Positions 1-13,300 of a stretch of DNA of 64,000 bases are shown one piece after another (positions within the stretch are counted from its first letter, which is position 1; each line of letters starts with the position of its first letter). A program made the translations under genes and the position numbers. Origin of the DNA: Eledone cirrhosa (lineage: Eukaryota). The DNA lies in NCBI GenBank assembly GCA_964016885.1, contig OZ024750.1, positions 53,940,001 to 54,004,000 of the forward strand, read 5' to 3'. Under the pieces are notes generated by a model that was not told the origin of the DNA, searched no databases, and was given only the letters and a program-made list of their open reading frames with translations.

Positions 1-3000
1 ATGCTGTCAGGGTTAAATAACATAGACAGTGTCTTTCATGTGAAATATAGTGTCAGGGTTAAATAACATAGGCAGTGTCTTTCATGTGAAATATGGTGTC
101 ATGGTTAAATAACATAGACAGTGTCTTTCATGTGAAATATGGTGCTGTCAGGGTTAAACAACATAGACAGTGTCTTTCATGTGAAATATAGTGTCAGGGT
201 TAAATAACATAGACAGTGTCTTTCATGTGAAATATAGTGTCAGGGTTAAATAACATAGGCAGTGTCTTTCATGTGAAATATAGTGTCAGGGTTAAATAAC
301 ATAGGCAGTGTCTTTCATGTGAAATATAGTGTCAGGGTTAAATAACATAGACAGTGTCTTTCATGTGAAATATGGTGCTGTCAGGGTTAAATAACATAGG
401 CAGTGTCTTTCATGTGAAATATGGTGTCATGGTTAAATAACATAGACAGTGTCTTTCATGTGAAATATGGTGCTGTCAGGGTTAAATAACATAGGCAGTG
501 TCTTTCATGTGAAATATTGTGTCAGGGTTAAATAACATAGGCAGTGTCTTTCATGTGAAATATAGTGTCAGGGTTAAATAACATAGGCAGTGTCTTTCAT
601 GTGAAATATTGTGTCAGGGTTAAATAACATAGGCAGTGTCTTTCATGTGAAATATAGTGTCAGGGTTAAATAACATAGACAGTGTCTTTCATGTGAAATA
701 TAGTGTCAGGGTTAAATAACATAGGCAGTGTCTTTCATGTGAAATATTGTGTCAGGGTTAAATAACATAGGCAGTGTCTTTCATGTGAAATATAGTGTCA
801 GGGTTAAATAACATAGGCAGTGTCTTTCATGTGAAATATTGTGTCAGGGTTAAATAACATAGGCAGTGTCTTTCATGTGAAATATGCTGTCAGGGTTAAA
901 TAACATAGGCAGTGTCTTTCATGTGAAATATGGTGCTGTCAGGGTTAAATAACATAGGCAGTGTCTTTCATGTGAAATATGCTGTCAGGGTTAAATAACA
1001 TAGACAGTGTCTTTCATGTGAAATATGGTGCTGTCAGGGTTAAATAACATAGGCAGTGTCTTTCATGTGAAATATAGTGTCAGGGTTAAATAACATAGGC
1101 AGTGTCTTTCATGTGAAATATAGTGTCAGGGTTAAATAACATAGGCAGTGTCTTTCATGTGAAATATGCTGTCAGGGTTAAATAACATAGGCAGTGTCTT
1201 TCATGTGAAATATGGTGCTGTCAGGGTTAAATAACATAGGCAGTGTCTTTCATGTGAAATATGCTGTCAGGGTTAAATAACATAGACAGTGTCTTTCATG
1301 TGAAATATGGTGCTGTCAGGGTTAAATAACATAGGCAGTGTCTTTCATGTGAAATATGGTGCTGTCAGGGTTAAATAACATAGGCAGTGTCTTTCATGTG
1401 AAATATGGTGTCATGGTTAAATAACATAGACAGTGTCTTTCATGTGAAATATGGTGCTGTCAGGGTTAAATAACATAGGCAGTGTCTTTCATGTGAAATA
1501 TAGTGTCAGGGTTAAATAACATAGACAGTGTCTTTCATGTGAAATATGGTGCTGTCAGGGTTAAATCACATAGGCAGTGTCTTTCATGTGAAATATGGTG
1601 CTGTCAGGGTTAAATAACATAGGCAGTGTCTTTCATGTGAAATATGGTGTCATGGTTAAATAACATAGACAGTGTCTTTCATGTGAAATATGGTGCTGTC
1701 AGGGTTAAATAACATAGGCAGTGTCTTTCATGTGAAATATTGTGTCAGGGTTAAATAACATAGGCAGTGTCTTTCATGTGAAATATGCTGTCAGGGTTAA
1801 ATAACATAGGCAGTGTCTTTCATGTGAAATATGGTGCTGTCAGGGTTAAATAACATAGGCAGTCTCTTTCATGTGAAATATTGTGTCAGGGTTAAATAAC
1901 ATAGGCAGTGTCTTTCATGTGAAATATGGTGCTGTCAGGGTTAAATAACATAGGCAGTGTCTTTCATGTGAAATATGCTGTCAGGGTTAAATAACATAGA
2001 CAGTGTCTTTCATGTGAAATATGGTGCTGTCAGGGTTAAATAACATAGGCAGTGTCTTTCATGTGAAATATGCTGTCAGGGTTAAATAACATAGACAGTG
2101 TCTTTCATGTGAAATATAGTGTCAGGGTTAAATAACATAGGCAGTGTCTTTCATGTGAAATATGCTGTCAGGGTTAAATAACATAGGCAGTGTCTTTCAT
2201 GTGAAATATGGTGCTGTCAGGGTTAAATAACATAGACAGTGTCTTTCATGTGAAATATGCTGTCAGGGTTAAATAACATAGGCAGTGTCTTTCATGTGAA
2301 ATATGGTGTCAGGGTTAAATAACATAGACAGTGTCTTTCATGTGAAATATGGTGTCAGGGTTAAATAACATAGACAGTGTCTTTCATGTGAAATATGCTG
2401 TCAGGGTTAAATAACATAGGCAGTGTCTTTCATGTGAAATATGGTGCTGTCAGGGTTAAATAACATAGGCAGTGTCTTTCATGTGAAATATGCTGTCAGG
2501 GTTAAATAACATAGGCAGTGTCTTTCATGTGAAATATGCTGTCATGGTTAAATAACATAGGCAGTGTCTTTCATGTGAAATATGCTGTCAGGGTTAAATA
2601 ACATAGGCAGTGTCTTTCATGGGAAATATGCTGTCAGGGTTAAATAACATAGGCAGTGTCTTTCATGTGAAATATGGTGTCAGGGTTAAATAACATAGAC
2701 AGTGTCTTTCATGTGAAATATGGTGCTGTCAGGGTTAAATAACATAGGCAGTGTCTTTCATGTGAAATATGCTGTCAGGGTTAAATAACATAGACAGTGT
2801 CTTTCATGTGAAATATGCTGTCAGGGTTAAATAACATAGGCAGTGTCTTTCATGTGAAATATGCTGTCAGGGTTAAATAACATAGACTGTCTTTCATGTG
2901 AAATATAGTGTCAGGGTTAAATAACATAGGCAGTGTCTTTCATGTGAAATATGCTGTCAGGGTTAAATAACATAGGCAGTGTCTTTCATGTGAAATATGG

Positions 3001-6000
3001 TGCTGTGAGGGTTAAATAACATAGACAGTGTCTTTCATGTGAAATATGCTGTCAGGGTTAAATAACATAGGCAGTGTCTTTCATGTGAAATATGGTGCTG
3101 TCAGGGTTAAATAACATAGGCAGTGTCTTTCATGTGAAATATGGTGTCAGGGTTAAATAACATAGACAGTGTCTTTCATGTGAAATATGCTGTCAGGGTT
3201 AAATAACATAGGCAGTGTCTTTCATGTGAAATATAGTGTCAGGGTTAAATAACATAGGCAGTGTCTTTCATGTGAAATATAGTGTCAGGGTTAAATAACA
3301 TAGACAGTGTCTTTCATGTGAAATATGCTGTCAGGGTTAAATAACATAGACAGTGTCTTTCATGTGAAATATGCTGTCAGGGTTAAATAACATAGACAGT
3401 GTCTTTCATGTGAAATATGCTGTCAGGGTTAAATAACATAGACAGTGTCTTTCATGTGAAATATGCTGTCAGGGTTAAATAACATAGACAGTGTCTTTCA
3501 TGTGAAATATGCTGTCAGGGTTAAATAACATAGGCAGTGTCTTTCATGTGAAATATGCTGTCAGGGTTAAATAACATAGACTGTCTTTCATGTGAAATAT
3601 GCTGTCAGGGTTAAATAACATAGACAGTGTCTTTCATGTGAAATATGGTGCTGTCAGGGTTAAATAACATAGACAGTGTCTTTCATGTGAAATATGCTGT
3701 CAGGGTTAAATAACATAGACAGTGTCTTTCATGTGAAATATGCTGTCAGGGTTAAATAACATAGGCAGTGTCTTTCATGTGAAATATGGTGCTGTCAGGG
3801 TTAAATAACATAGGCAGTGTCTTTCATGTGAAATATGGTGTCAGGGTTAAATAACATAGACAGTGTCTTTCATGTGAAATATGCTGTCAGGGTTAAATAA
3901 CATAGGCAGTGTCTTTCATGTGAAATATAGTGTCAGGGTTAAATAACATAGGCAGTGTCTTTCATGTGAAATATAGTGTCAGGGTTAAATAACATAGACA
4001 GTGTCTTTCATGTGAAATATGCTGTCAGGGTTAAATAACATAGACAGTGTCTTTCATGTGAAATATGCTGTCAGGGTTAAATAACATAGACAGTGTCTTT
4101 CATGTGAAATATGCTGTCAGGGTTAAATAACATAGACAGTGTCTTTCATGTGAAATATGCTGTCAGGGTTAAATAACATAGACAGTGTCTTTCATGTGAA
4201 ATATGCTGTCAGGGTTAAATAACATAGACAGTGTCTTTCATGTGAAATATGCTGTCAGGGTTAAATAACATAGACAGTGTCTTTCATGTGAAATATAGTG
4301 TCAGGGTTAAATAACATAGACAGTGTCTTTCATGTGAAATATGGTATCAGGGTTAAATAACATAGACAGTGTCTGTCATGTGAAATATGCTGTCAGGGTT
4401 AAATAACATAGACAGTGTCTTTCATGTGAAATATGCTGTCAGGGTTAAATAACATAGACAGTGTCTTTCATGTGAAATATGGTGTCAGGGTTAAATAACA
4501 TAGACAGTGTCTTTCATGTGAAATATGCTGTCAGGGTTAAATAACATAGACAGTGTCTTTCATGTGAAATATGCTGTCAGGGTTAAATAACATAGACAGT
4601 GTCTTTCATGTGAAATATGGTGCTGTCAGGGTTAAATAACACAGACAGTGTCTTTCATGTGAAATATGGTGCTGTCAGGGTTAAATAACATAGACAGTGT
4701 CTTTCATGTGAAATATGGTGCTGTCAGGGTTAAATAACATAGACAGTGTCTTTCATATGAAATATGCTGTCAGGGTTAAATAACATAGGCAGTGTCTTTC
4801 ATGTGAAATATAGTGTCAGGATTAAATAACATAGGCAGTGTCTTTCATGTGAAATATGCTGTCAGGGTTAAATAACATAGACAGTGTCTTTCATATGAAA
4901 TATAGTGTCAGGGTTAAATAACATAAACAGTGTCTTTCATGTGAAATATGCTGTCAGGGTTAAATAACATAGACAGTGTCTTTCATGTGAAATATAGTGT
5001 CAGGGTTAAATAACATAGGCAGTGTCTTTCATGTGAAATATGCTGTCAGGGTTAAATAACATAGGCAGTGTCTTTCATGTGAAATATGCTGTCAGGGTTA
5101 AATAACATAGGCAGTGTCTTTCATGTGAAATATGGTGCTGTCAGGGTTAAATAACATAGGCAGTGTCTTTCATGTGAAATATGGTGCTGTCAGGGTTAAA
5201 TAACATAGACAGTGTCTTTCATGTGAAATATAGTGTCAGGGTTAAATAACATAGGCAGTGTCTTTCATGTGAAATATGCTGTCAGGGTTAAATAACATAG
5301 ACAGTGTCTTTCATATGAAATATGCTGTCAGGGTTAAATAACATAGACAGTGTCTTTCATGTGAAATATGCTGTCAGGGTTAAATAACATAGACAGTGTC
5401 TTTCATGTGAAATATGGTGCTGTCAGGGTTAAATAACATAGACAGTGTCTTTCATGTGAAATATGCTGTCAGGGTTAAATAACATAGACAGTGTCTTTCA
5501 TGTGAAATATGCTGTTAGGGTTAAATAACATAGACAGTGTCTTTCATGTGAAATATAGTGTCAGGGTTAAATAACATAGGCAGTGTCTTTCATGTGAAAT
5601 ATGGTGCTGTCAGGGTTAAATAACATAGGCAGTGTTTTTCATGTGAAATATTGTGTCAGGGTTAAATAACATAGACAGTGTCTTTCATGTGAAATATGCT
5701 GTCAGGGTTAAATAACATAGGCAGTGTCTTTCATGTGAAATATGGTGCTGTCAGGGTTAAATAACATAGACAGTGTCTTTCATGTGAAATATAGTGTCAG
5801 GGTTAAATAACATAGGCAGTGTCTTTCATGTGAAATATTGTGTCAGGGTTAAATAACATAGGCAGTGTCTTTCATGTGAAATATTGTGTCAGGGTTAAAT
5901 AACATAGGCAGTGTCTTTCATGTGAAATATGCTGTCAGGGTTAAATAACATAGACAGTGTCTTTCATGTGAAATATAGTGTCAGGGTTAAATAACATAGG

Positions 6001-8047
6001 CAGTGTCTTTCATGTGAAATATGCTGTCAGGGTTAAATAACATAGACAGTGTCTTTCATGTGAAATATGCTGTCAGGGTTAAATTAGATAGACAGTGTCT
6101 TTCATGTGAAATATGCTGTCAGGGTTAAATAACATAGACAGTGTCTTTCATGTGAAATATGCTGTCAGGGTTAAATAACATAGGCAGTGTCTTTCATGTG
6201 AAATATTGTGTCAGGGTTAAATAACATAGGCAGTGTCTTTCATGTGAAATATGGTGATGTCAGGGTTAAATAACATAGGCAGTGTCTTTCATGTGAAATA
6301 TTGTGTCAGGGTTAAATAACATAGACAGTGTCTTTCATGTGAAATATGCTGTCAGGGTTAAATAACATAGGCAGTGTCTTTCATGTGAAATATGGTGCTG
6401 TCAGGGTTAAATAACATAGGCAGTGTCTTTCATGTGAAATATGGTGCTGTCAGGGTTAAATAACATAGACAGTGTCTTTCATGTGAAATATAGTGTCAGG
6501 GTTAAATAACATAGGCAGTGTCTTTCATGTGAAATATGCTGTCAGGGTTAAATAACATAGACAGTGTCTTTCATATGAAATATGCTGTCAGGGTTAAATA
6601 ACATAGACAGTGTCTTTCATGTGAAATATGCTGTCAGGGTTAAATAACATAGACAGTGTCTTTCATGTGAAATATGGTGCTGTCAGGGTTAAATAACATA
6701 GACAGTGTCTTTCATGTGAAATATGCTGTCAGGGTTAAATAACATAGACAGTGTCTTTCATGTGAAATATGCTGTCAGGGTTAAATAACATAGACAGTGT
6801 CTTTCATGTGAAATATAGTGTCAGGGTTAAATAACATAGGCAGTGTCTTTCATGTGAAATATGGTGCTGTCAGGGTTAAATAACATAGGCAGTGTTTTTC
6901 ATGTGAAATATTGTGTCAGGGTTAAATAACATAGACAGTGTCTTTCATGTGAAATATGCTGTCAGGGTTAAATAACATAGGCAGTGTCTTTCATGTGAAA
7001 TATGGTGCTGTCAGGGTTAAATAACATAGACAGTGTCTTTCATGTGAAATATAGTGTCAGGGTTAAATAACATAGGCAGTGTCTTTCATGTGAAATATTG
7101 TGTCAGGGTTAAATAACATAGGCAGTGTCTTTCATGTGAAATATTGTGTCAGGGTTAAATAACATAGGCAGTGTCTTTCATGTGAAATATGCTGTCAGGG
7201 TTAAATAACATAGACAGTGTCTTTCATGTGAAATATAGTGTCAGGGTTAAATAACATAGGCAGTGTCTTTCATGTGAAATATGCTGTCAGGGTTAAATAA
7301 CATAGACAGTGTCTTTCATGTGAAATATGCTGTCAGGGTTAAATTAGATAGACAGTGTCTTTCATGTGAAATATGCTGTCAGGGTTAAATAACATAGACA
7401 GTGTCTTTCATGTGAAATATGCTGTCAGGGTTAAATAACATAGGCAGTGTCTTTCATGTGAAATATTGTGTCAGGGTTAAATAACATAGGCAGTGTCTTT
7501 CATGTGAAATATGGTGATGTCAGGGTTAAATAACATAGGCAGTGTCTTTCATGTGAAATATTGTGTCAGGGTTAAATAACATAGACAGTGTCTTTCATGT
7601 GAAATATGCTGTCAGGGTTAAATAACATAGGCAGTGTCTTTCATGTGAAATATGGTGCTGTCAGGGTTAAATAACATAGACAGTGTCTTTCATGTGAAAT
7701 ATTGTGTCAGGGTTAAATAACATAGGCAGTGTCTTTCATGTGAAATATGGTGCTGTCAGGGTTAAATAACATAGGCAGTGTTTTTCATGTGAAATATTGT
7801 GTCAGGGTTAAATAACATAGACAGTGTCTTTCATGTGAAATATGCTGTCATGGTTAAATAACATAGACAGTGTCTTTCATGTGAAATATGGTGCTGTCAG
7901 GGTTAAATAACATAGGCAGTGTCTTTCATGTGAAATATGCTGTCAGGGTTAAATATCATAGGCAGTGTCTTTCATGTGAAATATGCTGTCAGGGTTAAAT
8001 AACATAGGCAGTGTCTTTCATGTGAAATATGGTGTCAGGGTTAAATA
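1..8047. repeat. Tandem minisatellite, 46-bp unit with a 49-bp variant, roughly 170 copies, truncated at the window start
   Basis: Unit TGTCAGGGTTAAATAACATAG(A/G)CAGTGTCTTTCATGTGAAATAT(GC/AG/GG/TG/GGTGC). TGTCAGGG recurs at 5 and 51. The array ends abruptly at ~8047. Confidence 0.98.
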
Positions 8048-8139
8048 TAATTGTAATTGTTTCACTTTCATTAGCATCTTAACTTTACCTAGCAGAGAAG
8101 TAAAGCACTGAAATATTTGATAGAAATTATAGGATGTTT

Positions 8140-8590
8140 TGTTGAGGTGAATTAGCAGGTATTGTACAAGTTTAATAGCAAATTTCTGCTGTACAGGAGC
8201 AATAGTAGTTATTGTATATGTGTTGTACAGGTAAAACAGTAAGCTATGTATGTGTTGCAAAGGTAAAATAGCAGATGTTATATAAGTGTAATAACATACC
8301 TACCGATGAAATAGCAGGTGGTGTACAGATGAAATAGCCAGTATAGTGTAGATGTTGTATGATGAAATAGGAGGTGTTGTACAGGTGAAATAACAGGTAT
8401 TGTATAGATGTTGTACAGGTGAAATATTAGTACATGTTGTATAGCAGATTTACAAGTGGGATAGCAGATATACAGTGGTACAGGCGAGATAGCAGGTATA
8501 GTATAGGTGTTGTACAGGTGAGATATTAGGTATGATGTAGGTGTTGTACATGTAAGGTTTCTATCATACGTGAACAGGTGGCATGTATTG
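8140..8590. repeat. Degenerate ~20-25-bp tandem repeat (GTGTTGTACAGGTGAAATAGCAG-like)
   Basis: TGTACAGGTGAAATA and AATAGCAGG motifs recur with many substitutions. Confidence 0.7.
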
Positions 8591-9195
8591 TACTGGTAAA
8601 ATATGTGTTGTTTAGAAACTGAACAAGTGAGAGCTAGGGTGTGTTGTATGTTGATATATATAATGGTACAAGTATATCTGTGGAATATTCAACCACTTAA
8701 ATCAATCATGGGCCACAACACTACTAAAAAAACATTCACAGTAAATTTTCAAGAAGTGAAATGGGTCATGTGTGACCCCACAGGTCATAGTTTGCCCATC
8801 ACTGACCTTAATTCACAAGTCAGGTGTTCAATTGATAAAACAATTGAATGTTCAATGAAATCATTGGAGAGTCTATGATTATATTTGAAATAGCTAGTCT
8901 TATGAATTAGATGTTGGATATACATATGTGTGTGTTTAAATATATGTATTTACATAGTGTTAGTATGTATGTACATATATATGTTTTTGCATGTGTGTAT
9001 TATATATGCTTGCATGTAATGTATACATATCTATGTTTGTGTATATATATTTGTGTGTGTTATATGTAGGCTAAACAGAATTACATAATGGAACATAAAG
9101 ATGTTGTTCAATCAACTCATCAGCAAATTGTTCCTTCTAAATATATTAATACATTTCACAAACCTTTAGGCCTAGTTATCTGTTCTTGTTTCCTT

Positions 9196-9300
9196 TACAT
9201 ATAAGATATATTATATATGTATTACATATAAGATATATTATATATGTATTATATATAACATATATTATATATGTATTATATATAACATATATTATATATA
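9196..9300. repeat. AT-rich ~27-bp tandem repeat
   Basis: TACATATAAGATATATTATATATGTAT-like unit repeated about 4 times. Confidence 0.8.
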
Positions 9301-9814
9301 TCAGACTTATACATGCTTCTGTTGACTACACAGAGCTCTTTTGTCATTTTGTTCCACAAAATAAACAACAACAATTTGTGTATAGCCTATACTTGTTATT
9401 AGCTAATGTCTTTAGTCATTTTTACCAGTGGTACTTTGTGGGGATTTCTTTCTCCTGCATTATATAGAAGTAACATTCATGGTGAGATGTTTTAATTTTG
9501 TTTGTACTCCATGTCAGGCTTTTCAAGTGCTATATTCATTTCATGGTCTGCATTTTTCAATTTCTCTTTTCATATCCCCTTGTGAAATCTCCCCACTAAA
9601 CTTATCTGTTTGTTGTTGTTGCTGTTGTTTTTGTTGTTGTTACATAGTATTTTCTAAAGTACCTTACAGAGACATTAATGTCAGTTGTTTTATTCCATGT
9701 TGATGATGATAATGTTTCTCTTAGCTATTCTAATAATGTTTTAGTTTATGTGTTAGCGAATGTCTGCAATGTGGTTCTAAGCCCTATTTCTCTATGGGAA
9801 ATGTTAATGTGTTC

Positions 9815-9960
9815 CCCCCTCTATCCCACATATTCTGCCTCTCCCCCCTCTATCCCACAGATATGCTGCCTCTCTCCCCTCTATCCCACATATTCTGTCT
9901 CTCCCCCTCTATCCCACATGTTCTGTCTCCTCCCTCTATCACACAGATATGCTGCCTCTT
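9815..9960. repeat. ~30-bp tandem repeat CCCCTCTATCCCACA(TATTC/GATATGC)TG(C/T)CTCT, about 5 copies
   Basis: Directly visible repeated unit. Confidence 0.85.
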
Positions 9961-10210
9961 CTACCACCACTACAATAGTCTCTGCTCTTCGTAGCTTGCT
10001 GGACCCATGCTATCTCTTCTAAGGCTCTAATGAACTCATTTCTCATCCTCTTATGTTGTGTCCAGTCCCTCAACACCTGCACTAACTGCTATGCTCAGTC
10101 CTTCTTCTGCAGAGCATCTTCCCACTGGAACTCTCCCTGCTCTTAATTTTCACAAATAAGTAGACTTACAACATTTTAAACAAAACATCAACAGCCTTGA
10201 TCTCTCTAAT
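9930..10210 (+). mobile_element. 3' fragment of a non-LTR retrotransposon (CR1/L2/Jockey-type ORF2 C-terminus)
   Basis: Frame-broken translation PLSHR..FYHHYNSLCSS..YAQSFFCRASSHWNS..DLQHFKQNIN matches the SFFxRxxxxWNSLP...LxxFKxxIN tail typical of these LINEs. Confidence 0.65.
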
Positions 10211-10319
10211 GTGAGAGTGCCTGTGAAGGCCATGGTCACTGTCCTTTTCTTCCAATCTACCAAGTAGAAAAACAACCAGATTTGCCTATAATGTTACTGA
10301 GTTCTTTCAGAGTTCTTAT

Positions 10320-10470
10320 ATGTATGTGTCATGCTGAATCTCCCTGAGAACTACAATAAGGGTACAAGTGTTTGTGCAATGCTCAGCCACTTACACATTA
10401 ATTTTACAAGCTGGCAGTTCTGTTGATTAAATCAACTGGAAGAGACATCAGAAACAACAGATGGCCATCA
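10320..10470 (+). mobile_element. 3' fragment of tRNA-derived SINE family B (same family as 31670-31970)
   Basis: GTGTCATGCTGAATCTCCCTGAGAACTAC...ATGCTCAGCCACTT is the reverse complement of the body of the 31670-31970 copy. Confidence 0.7.
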
Positions 10471-10676
10471 ACAATATCTTATTAAGTTCTTAAAGTTCAG
10501 AAGATCAAATCTGGAGGTTAGATCAGATACTTCAAAAGTTGTGTTGTGACTTTTATGATTGTTTTAATCTGAAAGTTTGTGATCACCATAATTTCTTTTA
10601 CTGTCTTGCCCTGTTTTAGTTGAAGAATCTCCAACACCTGGAGTTCTCATGTTGTCTAGTTTTCACCTGTATAAAC

Positions 10677-10823
10677 CAAGCATGGGCAACCTTTTACAAA
10701 ATAGTGGGCCACATGAGATATGGCTCAGCTTAAGGCAAGTTGCACTCCTAAGAAAATTAAAGGTAATTTTTTGTTAGGTGTGCCATTCAGAAAGCCAAAC
10801 AGGCCACAGTTTGCCAATGACTA
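10677..10823. mobile_element. hAT (Charlie-like) MITE
   Basis: Imperfect TIRs CAAGCATGGGCAAC / GTTTGCCAATGACTA. Imperfect 8-bp flanks GTATAAAC (10669-10676) and GTATATAT (10824-10831). Confidence 0.6.
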
Positions 10824-11656
10824 GTATATATTATTAGATCATTTTTGTTTGTGGTGTTTTGGAATGGTGCAGTTGTTCCTCATCTTACTGTAGTCTAAAT
10901 ATCTGGTTTCAACAAATTTCATTCCCATTTCTCTAGAATTTGTTTTATTTTTCATCTACATGACTAACTTCAGAAAATCAAGGGTGGCACCCATGACCCT
11001 TTCTTTTACCTCTCAGACTATTGGCAGGGAGATAAATGGGGTAATATGATTCCTTTGCTTTTTCATATGGATAATATTGGCCCTGACAGCATTAGGTCCT
11101 CCATAAAAACTAAAAGTAAAAATAAGAGTTGTTTTGAACTATGAGCAAGAAATGGTATCGAAACCATTCTGTTACAGATTATGATGACTCAACCCACCAT
11201 GACAGTATGGGAAGCAGGTATAAAATGGGTTTAACAAGAAGAGTGTAAAGAGTTATACTGACTTGCTGCTACGCTGCAGGAATCCTTGTTGAAAACATTT
11301 TATTAGTCTTGTCTGTTGTCTCAGAATTAAGATGGTATCCCACATCTTTGGTTAGTTGCTGAATAGCAGTTGTTACTGGATTGAGGTCTTAAGCTATTTA
11401 TAAAACTTTCATAATCCACCCATGAGGTATAGTATTAAAGATTTTCTGATGACCTGGCCATACTGCAGCCAAACTCCTGCAGGGGCTTTATTATTTCTTC
11501 TATCATTTTGTTAAGTAGCTGTTTTTGTAAGAATACATAACATATCTAAGGTATATGAGATGTTTTCACAAGTATATATATTGGCAGTAGCACTTAAGCA
11601 TATAGGGGCATATATGAAAGCATATACTTTATGCTTATGTACACCCCTATTATGCT

Positions 11657-11659
<3 letters not shown>

Positions 11660-11704
<45 letters not shown>
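11660..11704. repeat. (TA)n microsatellite
   Basis: Directly visible. Confidence 0.95.
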
Positions 11705-11708
<4 letters not shown>

Positions 11709-11991
11709 GTTCATATTATGAGGACTGAGAAAACTACAAATCAGAGTAGTACTTGATGTATATTTAGATAAAGAGTTCGTAAAATCCAAACGACAGGCTC
11801 TCCATTCGAATTTTATTGAATCCCTCTCTCTCGCTATATATATATGGGATAACAAATTATCATTATAGGTAATCCAGTTAGAGGTTGTGAATACTCCGTA
11901 TTGTGGATAGTTTTAATGTAAGCCGTTGTTTGACTTAACACGAGGTTTCCTTAGTTAGGTTGCGATTTCTCGGGTTAATCTTGGAGAAATA

Positions 11992-12212
11992 ATAGTGAAA
12001 GAGTGAAGAATAACATGGTCAACAGAACAAAAAGGGTTTTATTTACAGTATTAACAATTGTGTCATTGATTAAGTTGTCTAAAAATTGCTAATGACTTGA
12101 AGTTGTGTCACTCAATTTTAAATACAATGTAAGCCTAATCAAACAATTGTTAATACTGTAAATAAAACCCTTTTTGTACTGTTGACCATGTTATTCTTCA
12201 CTCTTTCACTAT
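11992..12212. repeat. ~70-bp near-perfect inverted repeat (foldback) with an ~80-bp spacer
   Basis: ATAGTGAAAGAGTGAAGAATAACATGGTCAACAG...TTAACAATTG has its reverse complement ending ...TCACTCTTTCACTAT at 12212. Confidence 0.9.
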
Positions 12213-12789
12213 ATATACTAGCAACCATACCCGGCGTTGCCCGGGTGTAAGTCTACCATTAGTAAATCATTTTTTTTAAACAGAAAACAACGTAGCACGA
12301 ACCCCCAAAAAAACATTTATTTTTAACCATAAGAAATATGTGTTGTTTGATGTAAAAATGGTAAAATGTTATGGCATATGAAAGGTGAATGAGTGTAAAA
12401 GTGTGACGTTGACGCGGTGAAGCTCCAAATGCGAACTATGCCACAAGGAAGTCAGCAGCCCAAAAGTGAGTCACATGGAATTTATGACAATAATGTGGGA
12501 TGTTTGACAATTCAGGGACTGAAGTCGTTGCGGGATGACGGAGATAATGTATGGCGACTTTGAGTGAAAGGTACAAATGAGGGGGGTGCCATACATTTGC
12601 TACAGTAGAAACATGTAAATTTTTTGTTATGCATTGCGTATATGTAGGCATTCTAATGATTTATGTAGTTTGAAATGCTTACCATTCTGTATAGTTGTGG
12701 CAGCCAATAGAAACTGTGACGTTGCTTTCCTTAGACTGGTTGCAGTGACATAGACCAAACATGAAGGACGCTCAAAATTCATCAACACA

Positions 12790-13300
12790 AATTCTGCAGC
12801 AACCTCAATTGCAAAAGTAACAGAGAATAACGAATAGCGATTATTACGCCAAAAGAAAAATGCTGAGGCAACTTCTATTGCACGAGATGCAGAAAACGAA
12901 ACACAACGTTCGATGCGACAGCAAATAAATGCTGAGGCAACTGCTGCTGCTTGAGGTGCAGAAAACGATTCTCAACCCTCACTGCAACAGAAAGCAAATA
13001 TTGAGGCAACGTCTATTGCAGGAGATGCAGAAAACGAACCACAGTGTTCATTACGGCGGCATAGAAATGCTGAGGCAGCTTCCGCAGCTCGAGCTGCATC
13101 AACCGAAACAAAGCGTCAATTGCGGCAGCAAAGAAATGGGAGTCAACTTCCGCAGCTCGAGCTGCATCAACCGAAACACAGCGTCAACTGTGGCAGTAAA
13201 GAACTGTGAGTCAACGTCTGCTGTTTGAACTTTATCAAGCAAAACACAGCGTCAACTGCGGCAGCAAAGACATGTGAGTCAACGTCTGCTGCACACGCTG
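12790..13300 (+). pseudogene. Decayed coding region of 69-bp (23-aa) tandem repeats, STPR-like, antisense to RepHel
   Basis: Units start at 12790, 12859, 12928, 12997, 13066 and 13135, e.g. NAEATSIARDAENETQRSMRQQI. In-frame stops are present. Confidence 0.7.

Noticed and set aside
1-8047. CRISPR-like appearance of the repeat arrays (also 43622-64000)
   Set aside because: No unique spacers, only 2-5-nt variants, no cas genes, and a eukaryotic context.
11446-11485. CTGATGA..GGC..GCCAAAC possible hammerhead
   Set aside because: No GAAA box and no convincing stems I or III.
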